The notes: a model not told the origin generated them from the letters alone. A stretch of 64,000 nt of DNA from an uncultured Fibrobacteria bacterium (GCA_963716395.1 OY970309.1:1248001-1312000), one strand, 5' to 3'. Shown: positions 43,111 to 53,263, numbered from the stretch's first letter. Made by a program: numbers and translations.

Positions 43111-43709
43111 GTTTCACCGGCCTTGCAGGCGAGCACCACATAATATTTTCGGGGCACATCCGGTATCACGTAGACATGGTTTTCCAGCTTTTCATACCCC
43201 GAGGGAATCGAAGTTTCCGGGTGGGTTTTGAAAGTCATGAAAAGACCTTGGGGCTTCAGCATTTTATATGCCAGACGCGCATCGCGGGAAAATTCTCCGA
43301 AAGCCCGACAACAAACCACGTCCATATGCGACAGATAAACTTTTTCCACCCGTTCGGTTAAAACATGGAAATTCGGGATTTTGATTTCCCGTACAATTTC
43401 TTGCATCAGGGCACATTTTTTGTGATTTGGCTCAATGGCAAAAAAATCGATTTCGGGTTGCGCAATGGCCAAAGGCAAAGAAGGCAATCCAATTCCCGCT
43501 CCCATATCCGCCAATTTATTGACGTCATGCAAAAACGGAATGATCTGCAAAGAGTCTAAGATATGACGGGCCATGATGCCGTCCTCATCCTTTTTGCTGA
43601 CCAGATTCAGATTTTTATTCCAACGGCGCAGGATGGATTCCAGCAAAAACAGTTTTTGCTGAATTTTTTCATCCAAGGATGATAATTCGACCAATAATCC
43701 TGGGGACAT
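43107..43709 (-). CDS. rsmG: 16S rRNA m7G527 methyltransferase
   Basis: WNKNLNLVS, RHILDSL, DMGAGIGLP, CRAF; directly upstream of parA. Confidence 0.93.
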   Translation of the reverse strand: MSPGLLVELSSLDEKIQQKLFLLESILRRWNKNLNLVSKKDEDGIMARHILDSLQIIPFLHDVNKLADMGAGIGLPSLPLAIAQPEIDFFAIEPNHKKCALMQEIVREIKIPNFHVLTERVEKVYLSHMDVVCCRAFGEFSRDARLAYKMLKPQGLFMTFKTHPETSIPSGYEKLENHVYVIPDVPRKYYVVLACKAGET

Positions 43710-43761
43710 AAGTTGCTAAATGTACCTCAACCAACGCGAATTTCAAGAACAGAAGCGCAAT

Positions 43762-43777
43762 GGTTTCACGTGAAACA
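43762..43777. promoter_or_regulatory. parS site
   Basis: GGTTTCACGTGAAACA, one mismatch to TGTTNCACGTGAAACA. Confidence 0.88.
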
Positions 43778-43797
43778 TGAATGATTTGAGATCCGAT

Positions 43798-43813
43798 TGT
43801 TCCACGTGAAACA
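43798..43813. promoter_or_regulatory. parS site
   Basis: TGTTCCACGTGAAACA, exact match to the TGTTNCACGTGAAACA consensus. Confidence 0.93.
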
Positions 43814-44102
43814 TTGGTTAATCCTAAAAAACACAAAATTCTAAAACTCTTCCCATGCAAAGGAACTTTGAAAATTGGTCTGGCCGGACGGTCGAAGCTC
43901 GATGTGAAGCTGTGTTGGGCTCGGCGGAAGAGATCTTGATTAGAAAGGCGCACGAGGAAGGTGCTGCGAATATTGCGCGGCGGATGCGATGCAGATGAAA
44001 GGGATTAGTGCAGATACCGGAGAGCTTTACCGCCAATGGTCTGCTACAAACAGACGTTGCGGTACCTCGCAACGAAAAAGAACAGTGACAAAAAAATGAA
44101 TT

Positions 44103-44780
44103 TTATTCTGTCGACCCGATGGATAAAAGATTCAAACACGCGCGAATGCGATCCAGATTTTTGCTTCCGGGAGCCGACTCAACCTTGCTGTTGAGATCCA
44201 CGGCGTAGGGTCGAACGCTGCGCAAGGCTTCGTCGAGATTCTCCGGTCCCAGTCCTCCGGCGAGAAAATAGGGGAGCGGCAAGGGATGGGAATTGAGCAG
44301 CGACCAATCAAAGGCATTTCCCGAGCCGCCGAAGCCTGACTCCGAATGGGTATCGACCAGAAAAAAGCGCGGCCGATGTTCCTGGTTCTCCCACGCGTCT
44401 TTCAAGCCCCCATAGTCTTCCAGCCGCTGCTGCGAAATGGCCTTGATGCACGGCAGCTCGATGCGATCCAGAACATCCCAGCCTTCGCGGCCGTGCAGTT
44501 GCACCCAGCGAATTCCGGATGCCGCCGCCACGATTGCGATATGTTCGGGAGTCGCATCGACAAACACCCCGACGGGTTCACAGTGGCGCAAGCGCGCAAT
44601 GATGCGGGACGCGGCCGCGGGTTCGATAAATCGCTTGCTGCGGGGGGAAAAATTGAAGCCGAGATAATCCACCGGCAATGCATCCAGTGCCAAGGCATCG
44701 GACATGCGCGTGATACCGCACACCTTGACACGAATGCGCTCCTGTGCGCGGGCGACGGCATCGCCTATGCTCGCAGTCAT
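44103..44780 (-). CDS. trpF: Phosphoribosylanthranilate isomerase
   Basis: VKVCGIT, VGVFVD, VQLHGRE, GGSGNAFDW, LAGGLGPEN, SKVESAPG. Confidence 0.95.
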   Translation of the reverse strand: MTASIGDAVARAQERIRVKVCGITRMSDALALDALPVDYLGFNFSPRSKRFIEPAAASRIIARLRHCEPVGVFVDATPEHIAIVAAASGIRWVQLHGREGWDVLDRIELPCIKAISQQRLEDYGGLKDAWENQEHRPRFFLVDTHSESGFGGSGNAFDWSLLNSHPLPLPYFLAGGLGPENLDEALRSVRPYAVDLNSKVESAPGSKNLDRIRACLNLLSIGSTE

Positions 44781-44972
44781 ATCCGAACCTTTATCCGAAC
44801 CTTTTCCGCGCCCGCTGATGCGCTTGGGGAAAATAACCGCATGCATGGCTGATTCGCTAGCGACGCGAATTTAATTCGGGTATATTTCCTAATTTCCAAA
44901 AACAAAAGATCAAGCTCTTGGATCTGCGGGAAAAGGCCTGGGTCAAACGGTGCAGCCGTACAAGGAGAGGAT

Positions 44973-45869
44973 ATGACCGAAGTCATCAAAAGGGTGGTTG
45001 TGATGCAGGATGTTTCCTACAACTATCCCGCCGGGAACAATGCGCTGAGTAAGATCTCTATGGAGATCAATCAAGGTGAAATCATCGGCTTGGCAGGCGC
45101 GAATGGAGCGGGCAAAACCACCCTGATGAAAATTCTGGCCGGTTATGTGGAAAAAACCGACGGCAACTTGCTGCTGGGCGGAAGGCCGATCGAAGAGTAT
45201 TCGAATCGGCGTCTGAATGAAACCGTAACCCTGGTAGAGCAGAACCCGGAGAACCAATTGGTGGGCCCCACGGTCGAAGACGAGTTGGCCCGGGCCTGCC
45301 GGCTCATGGGCTTCGAGGGCCGCCTTATCCGCGACAAAGTCGATTTTGTGTTGAACCTCGTGCGCATGAAGCAATCCAAAGAATGGTATCTCGATGAGAT
45401 GTCCTGCGGCGAGCGCCGGCGCATCGCCCTGGCGTTGGCCCTGGTTTCGGATCCGTCCGTGCTTCTGCTCGACGAACCGCTGTCCGATCTCGACACCGTG
45501 GGCATCGCCGACAGCATTTCCATTCTGAAGGATTTGAAAGGCCGCGGCTTGGCCATCATGGTCTCATCCCATCGTCTGGAGGACATCCTCGACCTGACCG
45601 ACAAAATCGCCGTGCTCGGCGACGGCAGTATTCTCATGTTCGACGAAGCCGCAAAGGTTTTGGCCAATAATGAAATCCTCAATCTGGCCGTGATGAGCGT
45701 GCCGGTGGTGCAAAGGCTTTATCTGCAATTGCAAAAAGAGGGGTTATTGCCGGAAGGCGTGCTGCCCGTCACCTACGATCAGGTCTTGGATTCATTCCGC
45801 GGCCAGCTCCGGAAAAGAAGGGCCACCGATACCGACACGGCCGAGGTTTCAGAAGCGGCTAAGAGTTGA
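44973..45869 (+). CDS. ECF/CbiO-type ABC ATPase
   Basis: GANGAGKTT, QNPENQLVGPTVEDEL, MSCGERRR, LLLDEP, SSH. Confidence 0.85.
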   Translation: MTEVIKRVVVMQDVSYNYPAGNNALSKISMEINQGEIIGLAGANGAGKTTLMKILAGYVEKTDGNLLLGGRPIEEYSNRRLNETVTLVEQNPENQLVGPTVEDELARACRLMGFEGRLIRDKVDFVLNLVRMKQSKEWYLDEMSCGERRRIALALALVSDPSVLLLDEPLSDLDTVGIADSISILKDLKGRGLAIMVSSHRLEDILDLTDKIAVLGDGSILMFDEAAKVLANNEILNLAVMSVPVVQRLYLQLQKEGLLPEGVLPVTYDQVLDSFRGQLRKRRATDTDTAEVSEAAKS

Positions 45870-45940
45870 AATCGTAAACGCGCCGCGTAGATCGGACGGG
45901 ACGCGAACTTAGAAGTCTGTGATTTTTCTTTTATTTTTTT

Positions 45941-47092
45941 TCAATAGGCTGCGCGATACACGGCCAACATTTGTGCCTGGGTTACGGGCACCATGTTGGT
46001 GGCATGGCAGGTGTCTTCGATGGCGTCTTGAGACAGCATTTCCAGATCGGATTCGGGAACGCCATGGTTGCGCAGCCCGAATCCGATTCCCAGCGTGCGG
46101 ATAAAACTACGGCACGACTCGGACAGCGTCGGCTTCACCGAGCCCGCTTCGCGGAACAGATTCCGCACGCGATCGAATTTGGATTTGGCCTCGACGGGCA
46201 ACGCCAGCGATTCGTGAAACGCCAAAGCGGAAGGCAGCAGCAGCGCGTTCGCCAATCCGTGATGGGTGTCATAGCGCGCCGACAGGGGATGGGCCAGGGA
46301 GTGGACCATTCCCAAGCCTTTTTGAAAAGCCGTGGCGCCCATGGCGGCGGCCATTTGCATGGCTCCGCGCGCCTCGAGATTTTGGCCGTTGGCATAGGCG
46401 GCGGGTAAAAATTTCAGAATCAGCCGCAGCCCTTCCAACGCGATACCGTCGGCCAAGGGGTGAAACGCCGGCACCAAAAAGGCTTCGAAGCAATGCGTGA
46501 AGGCATCGATGCCTGTGGCCGCAGTGATGGGGGGCGGCAGGCCGGCGGTCAACGCGGGCTCCAGCACCGCGATGTCGGGCATGAGGCGCGGGTGGAAGAA
46601 AATGGTTTTCTTGCCCGTCGCCCGCAGAATAATCACGCCCGAGCGCCCGACTTCGCTGCCCGTGCCTGCCGTGGTGGGGATGGCAAAAAGCGGAGGCAGC
46701 GGATTTCGAATCAGCTTGTCTCCGCCTTGGGCATCGTCGTATTGCGCCAACGGTCCGGGATGGCAGACCATGAAGCGGATCACCTTGGCCACGTCCATGG
46801 GGCTGCCCCCGCCCAAGGCCACCAAGGCGTCGCACCCTTGGTTTTGGTAGGCGGCCACGCCCTGCTCCACGTCTTCTTCGATGGGATTGGGGTGGGTGGA
46901 GTCGAAAACGTTGAAGGAAGCTCCGATGTTACCCAGGGCTTTCTGCACTTCGGCGGCCAGGCCGACCTTGACCACGTTGGCATCGGTGACGAGCAGGGGA
47001 CGGCGGATTTGGGTTTCGGCCAAGCGGGCGGCCAAGGCCGCCAACGCGCCTTCGCCGTAATAAATCGTGGTGGGATAATTGAATTGCTGCAT
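45941..47092 (-). CDS. Iron-containing alcohol dehydrogenase
   Basis: GGGSPMD, PTTAGTGSE, DAFTH, HSLAH, HHG; start MQQFNYPT at 47092. Confidence 0.93.
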   Translation of the reverse strand: MQQFNYPTTIYYGEGALAALAARLAETQIRRPLLVTDANVVKVGLAAEVQKALGNIGASFNVFDSTHPNPIEEDVEQGVAAYQNQGCDALVALGGGSPMDVAKVIRFMVCHPGPLAQYDDAQGGDKLIRNPLPPLFAIPTTAGTGSEVGRSGVIILRATGKKTIFFHPRLMPDIAVLEPALTAGLPPPITAATGIDAFTHCFEAFLVPAFHPLADGIALEGLRLILKFLPAAYANGQNLEARGAMQMAAAMGATAFQKGLGMVHSLAHPLSARYDTHHGLANALLLPSALAFHESLALPVEAKSKFDRVRNLFREAGSVKPTLSESCRSFIRTLGIGFGLRNHGVPESDLEMLSQDAIEDTCHATNMVPVTQAQMLAVYRAAY

Positions 47093-47093
47093 A

Positions 47094-48491
47094 TTAGATG
47101 ATCTCGAAATAACGGGCCAATTGCCAATCGGTGATCGCGCGTTCGTATTCGCGCGCCTCCCATTCGCGCGTGTCGGCGAAATGCTCCACGAAGGCGGCCC
47201 CGAACACTTCGGCGGCTTCTTTGGAAGCGCGGAAATTGCGCATCGAATCGCGCAGGTTGCCCGGCAAGCGCAACTCTTCGGGCAATGCCTCCTGGGCGTC
47301 ATAGGCGCTGCCTTGCACCGGATCGCCGAGCGGGAGCTTTCTTTCGATGCCGAGCAATCCGGCCGCCAGGCAGGCCGCGGCCACCAGATACGGGTTGCCA
47401 TCGGCCGCCCCCAGGCGAAATTCCACGCGTTGCGATTTTTCGCCGCCGGGAATCACGCGCAGGGCCGTGGTGCGATTTTCGATACCCCAGGTCGAACTGG
47501 TCGGCGCCCAGGCGCCCTTGACCAACCGCGTGTAGCTGTTCACCGTGGGCGCGCACAAAACCAGAAACGGTTTCAGATATTTCTGCAGCCCGGCCACGTA
47601 GTGTTCCATGATCGGGCTCATGTTGCCCCGGCCCGAGGCTTGATAAAACACCGGCGCACCGGATTTGAGGTCGAACAGGCTTTGATGCAAATGTCCGCTT
47701 TGACCCGGATAGTCGAGCGACCACTTGGCCATGAAGGTGGCCAGGAGATTCCGCTTTTGGAAAAACACCTTGGCAAAAGTTTTGAAGATCGCGGCCTGAT
47801 CCGCTCCGGCCAAGGCTTCGGCGGGAGACAGCGCCGCTTCCCACACGCCGGGGCCGGTTTCGCAATGCAGGCCTTCGATGGGACAGCGCAGCGCGTCGCA
47901 ATAATCCTGCAAGGCGTTGAACAAATCCGATTGCACCGAATTGCGCAGCACCGAGTAGCCGAAATTGCCGGGCGTCAATGGTTTGAGATGGCGATAATGT
48001 TTTTCCCGCACCGAATGCGGCGTTTCGTCGAAAACGAAGAACTCGTATTCGAATCCGATTTTGGCCCCGAAGCCCAGATCCCGGGCGCGATCCAAAACGG
48101 TTTGCAGCAACCCGCGCGGGCACAGGGGGTGCCGCCCCTGGCCGGACCCATCTACAAATTCGGCGAGCAAAAAAGGGATGCCGCCTTCGTCGTCCAAGGT
48201 GCGTTCGGTGGCCAGATCGACACGGTACGGCGCATCGGGAAACGCGGTATGCCAGCCGGTATATTGCACGTTGTCGTACAGCCTGTCCTCGACGTCCCAG
48301 CCCAGCACGCAATCGCAAAAGCCGCCGCCGTGCTCGGCCACCGAGGCGAACTTTTCCAGCGCCAGATATTTGCCGCGCATCACGCCGTCGAGGTCGGTGA
48401 GCGCCAGTTTGGCCCGTTTCACGCCGCGATCGGCCCAGGACTCCAGGCGCAGGGCGAGATTCGATTCCGGCCGGTCTAGGTTTGCAGCCAT
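47094..48491 (-). CDS. Glutamine synthetase-like (gamma-glutamyl-amine ligase) protein
   Basis: DLDGVMRGK, EYEF, HCETGPG, TFMAK, SGHLHQSL, WGIENRT, EFRLGAADGNPY. Confidence 0.9.
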   Translation of the reverse strand: MAANLDRPESNLALRLESWADRGVKRAKLALTDLDGVMRGKYLALEKFASVAEHGGGFCDCVLGWDVEDRLYDNVQYTGWHTAFPDAPYRVDLATERTLDDEGGIPFLLAEFVDGSGQGRHPLCPRGLLQTVLDRARDLGFGAKIGFEYEFFVFDETPHSVREKHYRHLKPLTPGNFGYSVLRNSVQSDLFNALQDYCDALRCPIEGLHCETGPGVWEAALSPAEALAGADQAAIFKTFAKVFFQKRNLLATFMAKWSLDYPGQSGHLHQSLFDLKSGAPVFYQASGRGNMSPIMEHYVAGLQKYLKPFLVLCAPTVNSYTRLVKGAWAPTSSTWGIENRTTALRVIPGGEKSQRVEFRLGAADGNPYLVAAACLAAGLLGIERKLPLGDPVQGSAYDAQEALPEELRLPGNLRDSMRNFRASKEAAEVFGAAFVEHFADTREWEAREYERAITDWQLARYFEII

Positions 48492-48501
48492 TGATTTCCT
48501 T

Positions 48502-49881
48502 TCACGGCAGACGAAAGTGAATGGCCTTGCGCCGCGTCATGGAGTAAAAACCGTACTTCGAAAGCGTGGTGCCCCGCCCGCTGTCGCGCACCCCGGTCCA
48601 GGGCAAGGCCGGATCGAGGTAATCGCAACGGTTGAGAAAGACGGTGCCCGCGTCCAGTTCCGCGGCCAGACGTTCGGCCCGACCCACATCGCGGGAGTAA
48701 ATCACCGCAGTCAACCCGTAACGCGAATCATTGATGAGCCGCACGGCCTCATCGTCTCCCGCCACCGACAACACGGGAAGAATCGGACCGAAATTTTCTT
48801 CGCGCATCACCGCCATGTTTTGATCCACCCCCGTTATCAAGGTGGGTTCGAAAAAAGTGCCTTGGCCGATGGACACGGTATGGCCGCCCGCCAGTACCCG
48901 GGCCCCTCGGGCTTCGGCTTCTTCCACCTGCAGGCGCAGGCCGCGTGCGGCTTGGGCCGCGGCCAGAGGTCCCAAGGTGGTCGCACGATGCATGGGATCG
49001 CCCAAAATATAGGCGCCGACCAAAGCCCGGCAGCGGTCGACGAATTCGTCATGGACCTTTTTGTGCGCGTACACGCGTTCGATGCCGCAGCAGCTTTGCC
49101 CGGCGTTGTACATGGCGCCGTCCACGAGATCGGCGGCGGCTTGGGCGAGATCGGCGTCTTCGGCCACATAGGCTCCGTCTTTGCCGCCCAGTTCGAGTTG
49201 GCAGTCGAGGAAGCGGCCGGCCGCGCTTTGTTGCACGGCATGCCCGCCCGCCACGGAACCGGTAAATACGATGTGATCTACGTCGCCTTTTGATATTACC
49301 GTTTCCACCGCGGCATGTTCGGCCACCACCGCTTGCAGCACGCCTGCCACGGGCCCGAGTTTGCCGAAGGCGCGGGCGAAATGTTCGCCGATGGCGGGAG
49401 TCAAACTGCTGTGTTTGAGCAAGACGGCATTGCCCGACAAGAGGGCTGTGGCCACGCCGTTGATGGCCGTGAGCAACGGATAATTCCAGGGCGCGATGAT
49501 GAAAACCAGGCCCAGGGGAATGTGTTCGATGCGTCGCAGGAATCCCGGTTTGGGCGGCAAGGGTTCGGGCCGCAAAACCTCTTCGGCAATCGCAGCCAGG
49601 TACTCGGCGCGTTCCAGCAATCCGTTCACCTCGTTTTCGGATTGCACGATGGGCTTGCCCATTTGCCCGGTGATGTCGCGGGCGATGATTTCGCGCTGCG
49701 CGCTGAAATAGCCGAGCGCTTCCAGAAAGTATCCGACGCGTTCGGCCACTTCCAGGCGGCGCCAGGTTTCTCCGGCCGCGCGGGCCGACGCGATGCGCGG
49801 GCCGAGCGCGGCGGCATCCAAAACCGGATATTCGCCGACGGGTTCCAGGGTAAACGGGTTGACGGGGCGCAGGGTTTTCAC
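48502..49881 (-). CDS. Aldehyde dehydrogenase family protein
   Basis: PWNYP, FTGS, LELGGKD, NAGQSCC, EENFGP. Confidence 0.94.
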   Translation of the reverse strand: MKTLRPVNPFTLEPVGEYPVLDAAALGPRIASARAAGETWRRLEVAERVGYFLEALGYFSAQREIIARDITGQMGKPIVQSENEVNGLLERAEYLAAIAEEVLRPEPLPPKPGFLRRIEHIPLGLVFIIAPWNYPLLTAINGVATALLSGNAVLLKHSSLTPAIGEHFARAFGKLGPVAGVLQAVVAEHAAVETVISKGDVDHIVFTGSVAGGHAVQQSAAGRFLDCQLELGGKDGAYVAEDADLAQAAADLVDGAMYNAGQSCCGIERVYAHKKVHDEFVDRCRALVGAYILGDPMHRATTLGPLAAAQAARGLRLQVEEAEARGARVLAGGHTVSIGQGTFFEPTLITGVDQNMAVMREENFGPILPVLSVAGDDEAVRLINDSRYGLTAVIYSRDVGRAERLAAELDAGTVFLNRCDYLDPALPWTGVRDSGRGTTLSKYGFYSMTRRKAIHFRLP

Positions 49882-49965
49882 GGGCTTTAAATTAGCAGAA
49901 GGCGAAGCGGTTCAACGCGGCTTGTGACCCCGGTTCATGGCCCGGAAACAAAGGGAAAATCCGGC

Positions 49966-49994
49966 TTGACATCCGAGGATTAGAAGGATATTGT
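49966..49994 (+). promoter_or_regulatory. Sigma70 promoter of vapBC locus 1 (leaderless)
   Basis: TTGACA-N17-TATTGT, 7 nt before GTG 50002. Confidence 0.75.
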
Positions 49995-50001
49995 TATATG
50001 G

Positions 50002-50247
50002 GTGAAGACAACCATAGATATTGCCGATGCCATTCTGTTGCGCGCCAAGCGCGTGGCCAAAAAAGAAAATGTGACCGTGCGGGCCTTGGTCGAAGAAGGT
50101 TTGACGCAAGCGTTGAATCGACGCGAACATGCCAAGCCTTTCAAGTGGAAGCCGCATGCTTTTGTGGGCGGGGGGATGAATCCCGAATTCGAACAAGGCG
50201 GCTGGCCGGCCATTCGGGATGCGATTTATGAAGGCCGCGGCGCTTGA
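50002..50247 (+). CDS. vapB: VapB-type antitoxin (RHH, DUF2191-like)
   Basis: MKTTIDIAD.IL..AK..A...TVRALVEEGL; 4-bp overlap with the PIN gene. Confidence 0.85.
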   Translation: MKTTIDIADAILLRAKRVAKKENVTVRALVEEGLTQALNRREHAKPFKWKPHAFVGGGMNPEFEQGGWPAIRDAIYEGRGA

Positions 50248-50678
50248 TCGCGCTCGATACCAACATTCTTGTCTACGCCTACCGTGAAGACTCCGCCTTT
50301 CACGAAAAAGCCGAAACGCTGCTGATTGAGTTGGCCGAAGGCGCGGCCGCATGGGCTTTACCTTGGCCGGTGGTGCATGAATTCCTGGGCGTAGTGACGC
50401 ACCCGCGCGTTTTCAAAATTCCCAGTCCTTTGGAACATGTTTTCGGGTATTTGGATGGCCTGATGAAGTCGCCCAGTTTGCGGTTGCTTTCCGAAGGTCC
50501 CGAACATTGGCCGGCTCTGAAGCAAATCGCCCTGGCCGGAAAAATCGCGGGCCCGGCCATTCACGACGCCCGCATCGCGGCCTTGTGTTTGGCGCATGGC
50601 GTCAAAGAATTGTGGAGCGCGGATCGCGATTTCAGCCGCATGCAGGGCTTGAAAGTGAAAAATCCCCTGACCGGGTGA
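50244..50678 (+). CDS. vapC: VapC PIN-domain toxin
   Basis: LDTNILVYA, VHEF, HDARIAAL, SADRDF. Confidence 0.92.
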   Translation: MIALDTNILVYAYREDSAFHEKAETLLIELAEGAAAWALPWPVVHEFLGVVTHPRVFKIPSPLEHVFGYLDGLMKSPSLRLLSEGPEHWPALKQIALAGKIAGPAIHDARIAALCLAHGVKELWSADRDFSRMQGLKVKNPLTG

Positions 50679-50934
50679 AACGGCTTTTGTTGGCAAATTC
50701 CCGAAACCCGTCCACTCTTTGACGGCGGAATGGATTCAAGGCCGTGATAGCGACTGAAATGCAGTTTTACCTTTGGCGGAATGGATGCCGAATGACCCCC
50801 GTTTCCCAACCCCTGATCCTGCAATCGACGCTCGGCTCACGACTGCTCGAACCGGCCGCAGAGTTCGAATTCAATAATTTGACGGGAAAGCCCAAAGCAA
50901 CCGTGGTCATGGCAGGGGCGGGGTAGGAGGCAAA

Positions 50935-52446
50935 GTGCTGACAAGATTGAAAGTGGATGGTTTTAAAAATCTCGTGGATTTGGATGTACGCTTCGGCCCC
51001 TTTACCTGCATTGCGGGTTTGAACGGCGTCGGGAAATCCAATCTTTTCGACGCCATTCGTTTCTTGAGCATGTTGGCGGGGGGGCAAACGCTGCTTGACG
51101 CGGCTCTTTCCGTTCGCGATGAAAAAGGGAGAACCAACGAAATTTCTTCGATCTTCACCCAAGTAAACGGTCAAATGCTGCAAGCGATGTCGTTTGAAGC
51201 CTATATGATTGTTCCACCGGAAGCGAGAGATGATTTAGGTCAAAACGCAAAAGCAAACACCACCTTCCTCAAATACATCCTTAAAATTCGTCTGCGCAAA
51301 GAAGCTTTGGCAACCCTGCACGCCAATCCCCTGGAGATTACCGAAGAAGGGTTGGAATACATAAAAAAGAAAGATATAGCGGAACATTTGCGATTCCCAA
51401 CCGGGCGCGAGTGGAAAGACTCCGTTATTCAAAAGAACAAATCCTTATCGACCCATTTTATCACCACGCAAAATGGTGTCGAATCGAATCACGAAAAAAA
51501 AATCGTGTTGCATAGCACCAAGCGGGGCCGGCCCAGAAGTTATTTGGCGGGAGATTTGACCAAAACGGTGATGGGAACGGCAACGGCGTCAGAATCCCCC
51601 ACCGCCGTTTGCGCCATGCAAGAAATGCGATCTTGGCAATTATTACAATTCGAACCCTCCGCATTAAGAAAACCGGATTCGTTAAACGCCAAGCCGCATT
51701 TAGAATCGGATGGAGCCCACATTGCGGCCACTCTCTACCATCTAGCTAATCACATATGGCCACAACAACATGGTTTGGACGGCGCAGCGGCCTACCAAAC
51801 CGTAACCAATAAACTTGCGGAACTGGTCCAAGACATTCGGGGAATTGAAGTTGAGCGTGACGACAAAAGGGATTTATTGACTTTGTACGGAATCTTTAAA
51901 AACGGCGACAGATTGCCGACCCGCTCTCTTTCGGACGGTACTTTGAGGTTTCTTGCTTTGGCGGTGCTGGAAATGGATCCACAAGCCAACCGGATTATTT
52001 GTTTGGAAGAGCCGGAAAATGGAATTCATCCGGATCGAATTCAAGACATGATTCGTTTGTTAAAGGATATCGCCGTCGATCCTTCCTGCCCAAACGATGA
52101 AACAAATCCTTTACGGCAAGTCATCATCAACACGCATTCCCCGTTGGTGGTGGCAAATGTCGACGATGCCGATCTTTTATACGGATTGCTGGAACCGTTC
52201 AATCCAAAAGAAAAAGGCATCACGTCCGATCGGTGGATGAATCGAATCGCCTTGAAGTGCGTGACGAAAACATGGAGAGAAGAATTGGGGATGGAAGTTT
52301 TATCAAAAGGGCATATTCAAGCTTATTTGCAACCGATTCCAAGACCAAAAACTCCCGGCGATGAACGTTCAAATTCCGATCCAAAAATTGTTCGAGAAAG
52401 AAGCGATCTGTGGGCCGAACAACTGGCGTTCGATTTTCAAGACTGA
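50935..52446 (+). CDS. ABC-type (AAA_15/AAA_21-like) ATPase
   Basis: GFKNL, GLNGVGKSN, LSDGTLR, CLEEPENGIHP, INTHSP; visibly lower GC than flanking genes. Confidence 0.88.
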   Translation: MLTRLKVDGFKNLVDLDVRFGPFTCIAGLNGVGKSNLFDAIRFLSMLAGGQTLLDAALSVRDEKGRTNEISSIFTQVNGQMLQAMSFEAYMIVPPEARDDLGQNAKANTTFLKYILKIRLRKEALATLHANPLEITEEGLEYIKKKDIAEHLRFPTGREWKDSVIQKNKSLSTHFITTQNGVESNHEKKIVLHSTKRGRPRSYLAGDLTKTVMGTATASESPTAVCAMQEMRSWQLLQFEPSALRKPDSLNAKPHLESDGAHIAATLYHLANHIWPQQHGLDGAAAYQTVTNKLAELVQDIRGIEVERDDKRDLLTLYGIFKNGDRLPTRSLSDGTLRFLALAVLEMDPQANRIICLEEPENGIHPDRIQDMIRLLKDIAVDPSCPNDETNPLRQVIINTHSPLVVANVDDADLLYGLLEPFNPKEKGITSDRWMNRIALKCVTKTWREELGMEVLSKGHIQAYLQPIPRPKTPGDERSNSDPKIVRERSDLWAEQLAFDFQD

Positions 52447-53069
52447 TGCTTCGTTGTACTTTGCTCACCGAAGGCCCATCCGATGCCTGCCTTATTCCAG
52501 TCATCGAGTGGACCTTTCGGAATCTAAACCCGGGAATTTTGCCTGTGATCACCTGGGCGGATCTCAGATCATCTAGGCCCGGTGTGGATTTGATTTCAAA
52601 AATACCGGTCACTTTGAAACAGTATCCTTGCGAGATATTATTCATTCATAGAGACGCGGATCGTTCGACTGTAGAAGAGCGTGTTCGCGAGATTGAAAAT
52701 GCAGTCAGAAGCACCCCCCTAACTACGCATCGAATTCCACTGATTCCCGTCAGAATGACGGAGGCATGGCTCCTTATTGACGAGAACGCCATTCGCATCG
52801 CGGCCAACAATCCAAAGGGCCGCATGGTCTTGAAATTGCCCAGTTTGTCAAATCTCGAAAGGGAGGCAAATCCAAAACAATTATTAAGAGAGAGATTGAC
52901 TGAAGCCAGCGGTTTGCGTTCTCGCAGCCGCAGAAAGTTCAGACCCGAAGGACGTGCGCGAATTGTATCTGAAAATATTTCGGATTTTTCCCCACTCATG
53001 CAGCTACCCGCCTATCGTGAGTTTCGATCCAGGTTGGCCGGCGTTTTAAATTCGATGGGCAACCAGTAA
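52446..53069 (+). CDS. DUF4276-like / TOPRIM-like putative nuclease
   Basis: TEGPSD, IHRDAD, PVRMTEAWLL, NPKQLL; ATG overlaps the ATPase TGA. Confidence 0.75.
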   Translation: MLRCTLLTEGPSDACLIPVIEWTFRNLNPGILPVITWADLRSSRPGVDLISKIPVTLKQYPCEILFIHRDADRSTVEERVREIENAVRSTPLTTHRIPLIPVRMTEAWLLIDENAIRIAANNPKGRMVLKLPSLSNLEREANPKQLLRERLTEASGLRSRSRRKFRPEGRARIVSENISDFSPLMQLPAYREFRSRLAGVLNSMGNQ

Positions 53070-53263
53070 ATGCCTCCGGACCCCGGCACCCGCGACATTC
53101 CGCTGCATACGGCGAAACACCTCATGGTGAAAAACGCCGAGTTCAAATGCTTCATGGAAACTAAGGAGCCGGGATTTTTCGGCAAGCATGCAAAGAGGGC
53201 GTCGATCCCGGAAGTACTCTTGAATTCGAAATTGACCCGGCAAGAAACCGAAGGACGGCTGGT

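Noticed and set aside
43855-43998. 47-aa ORF faintly resembling a universal stress protein fragment (GSAEEILIRKAHEEGA)
   Set aside because: Too short, no SD or -10 signal, and the resemblance could be chance.
44781-44804. Tandem 12-bp repeat ATCCGAACCTTT x2 upstream of trpF
   Set aside because: Only two units; most simply a local duplication.
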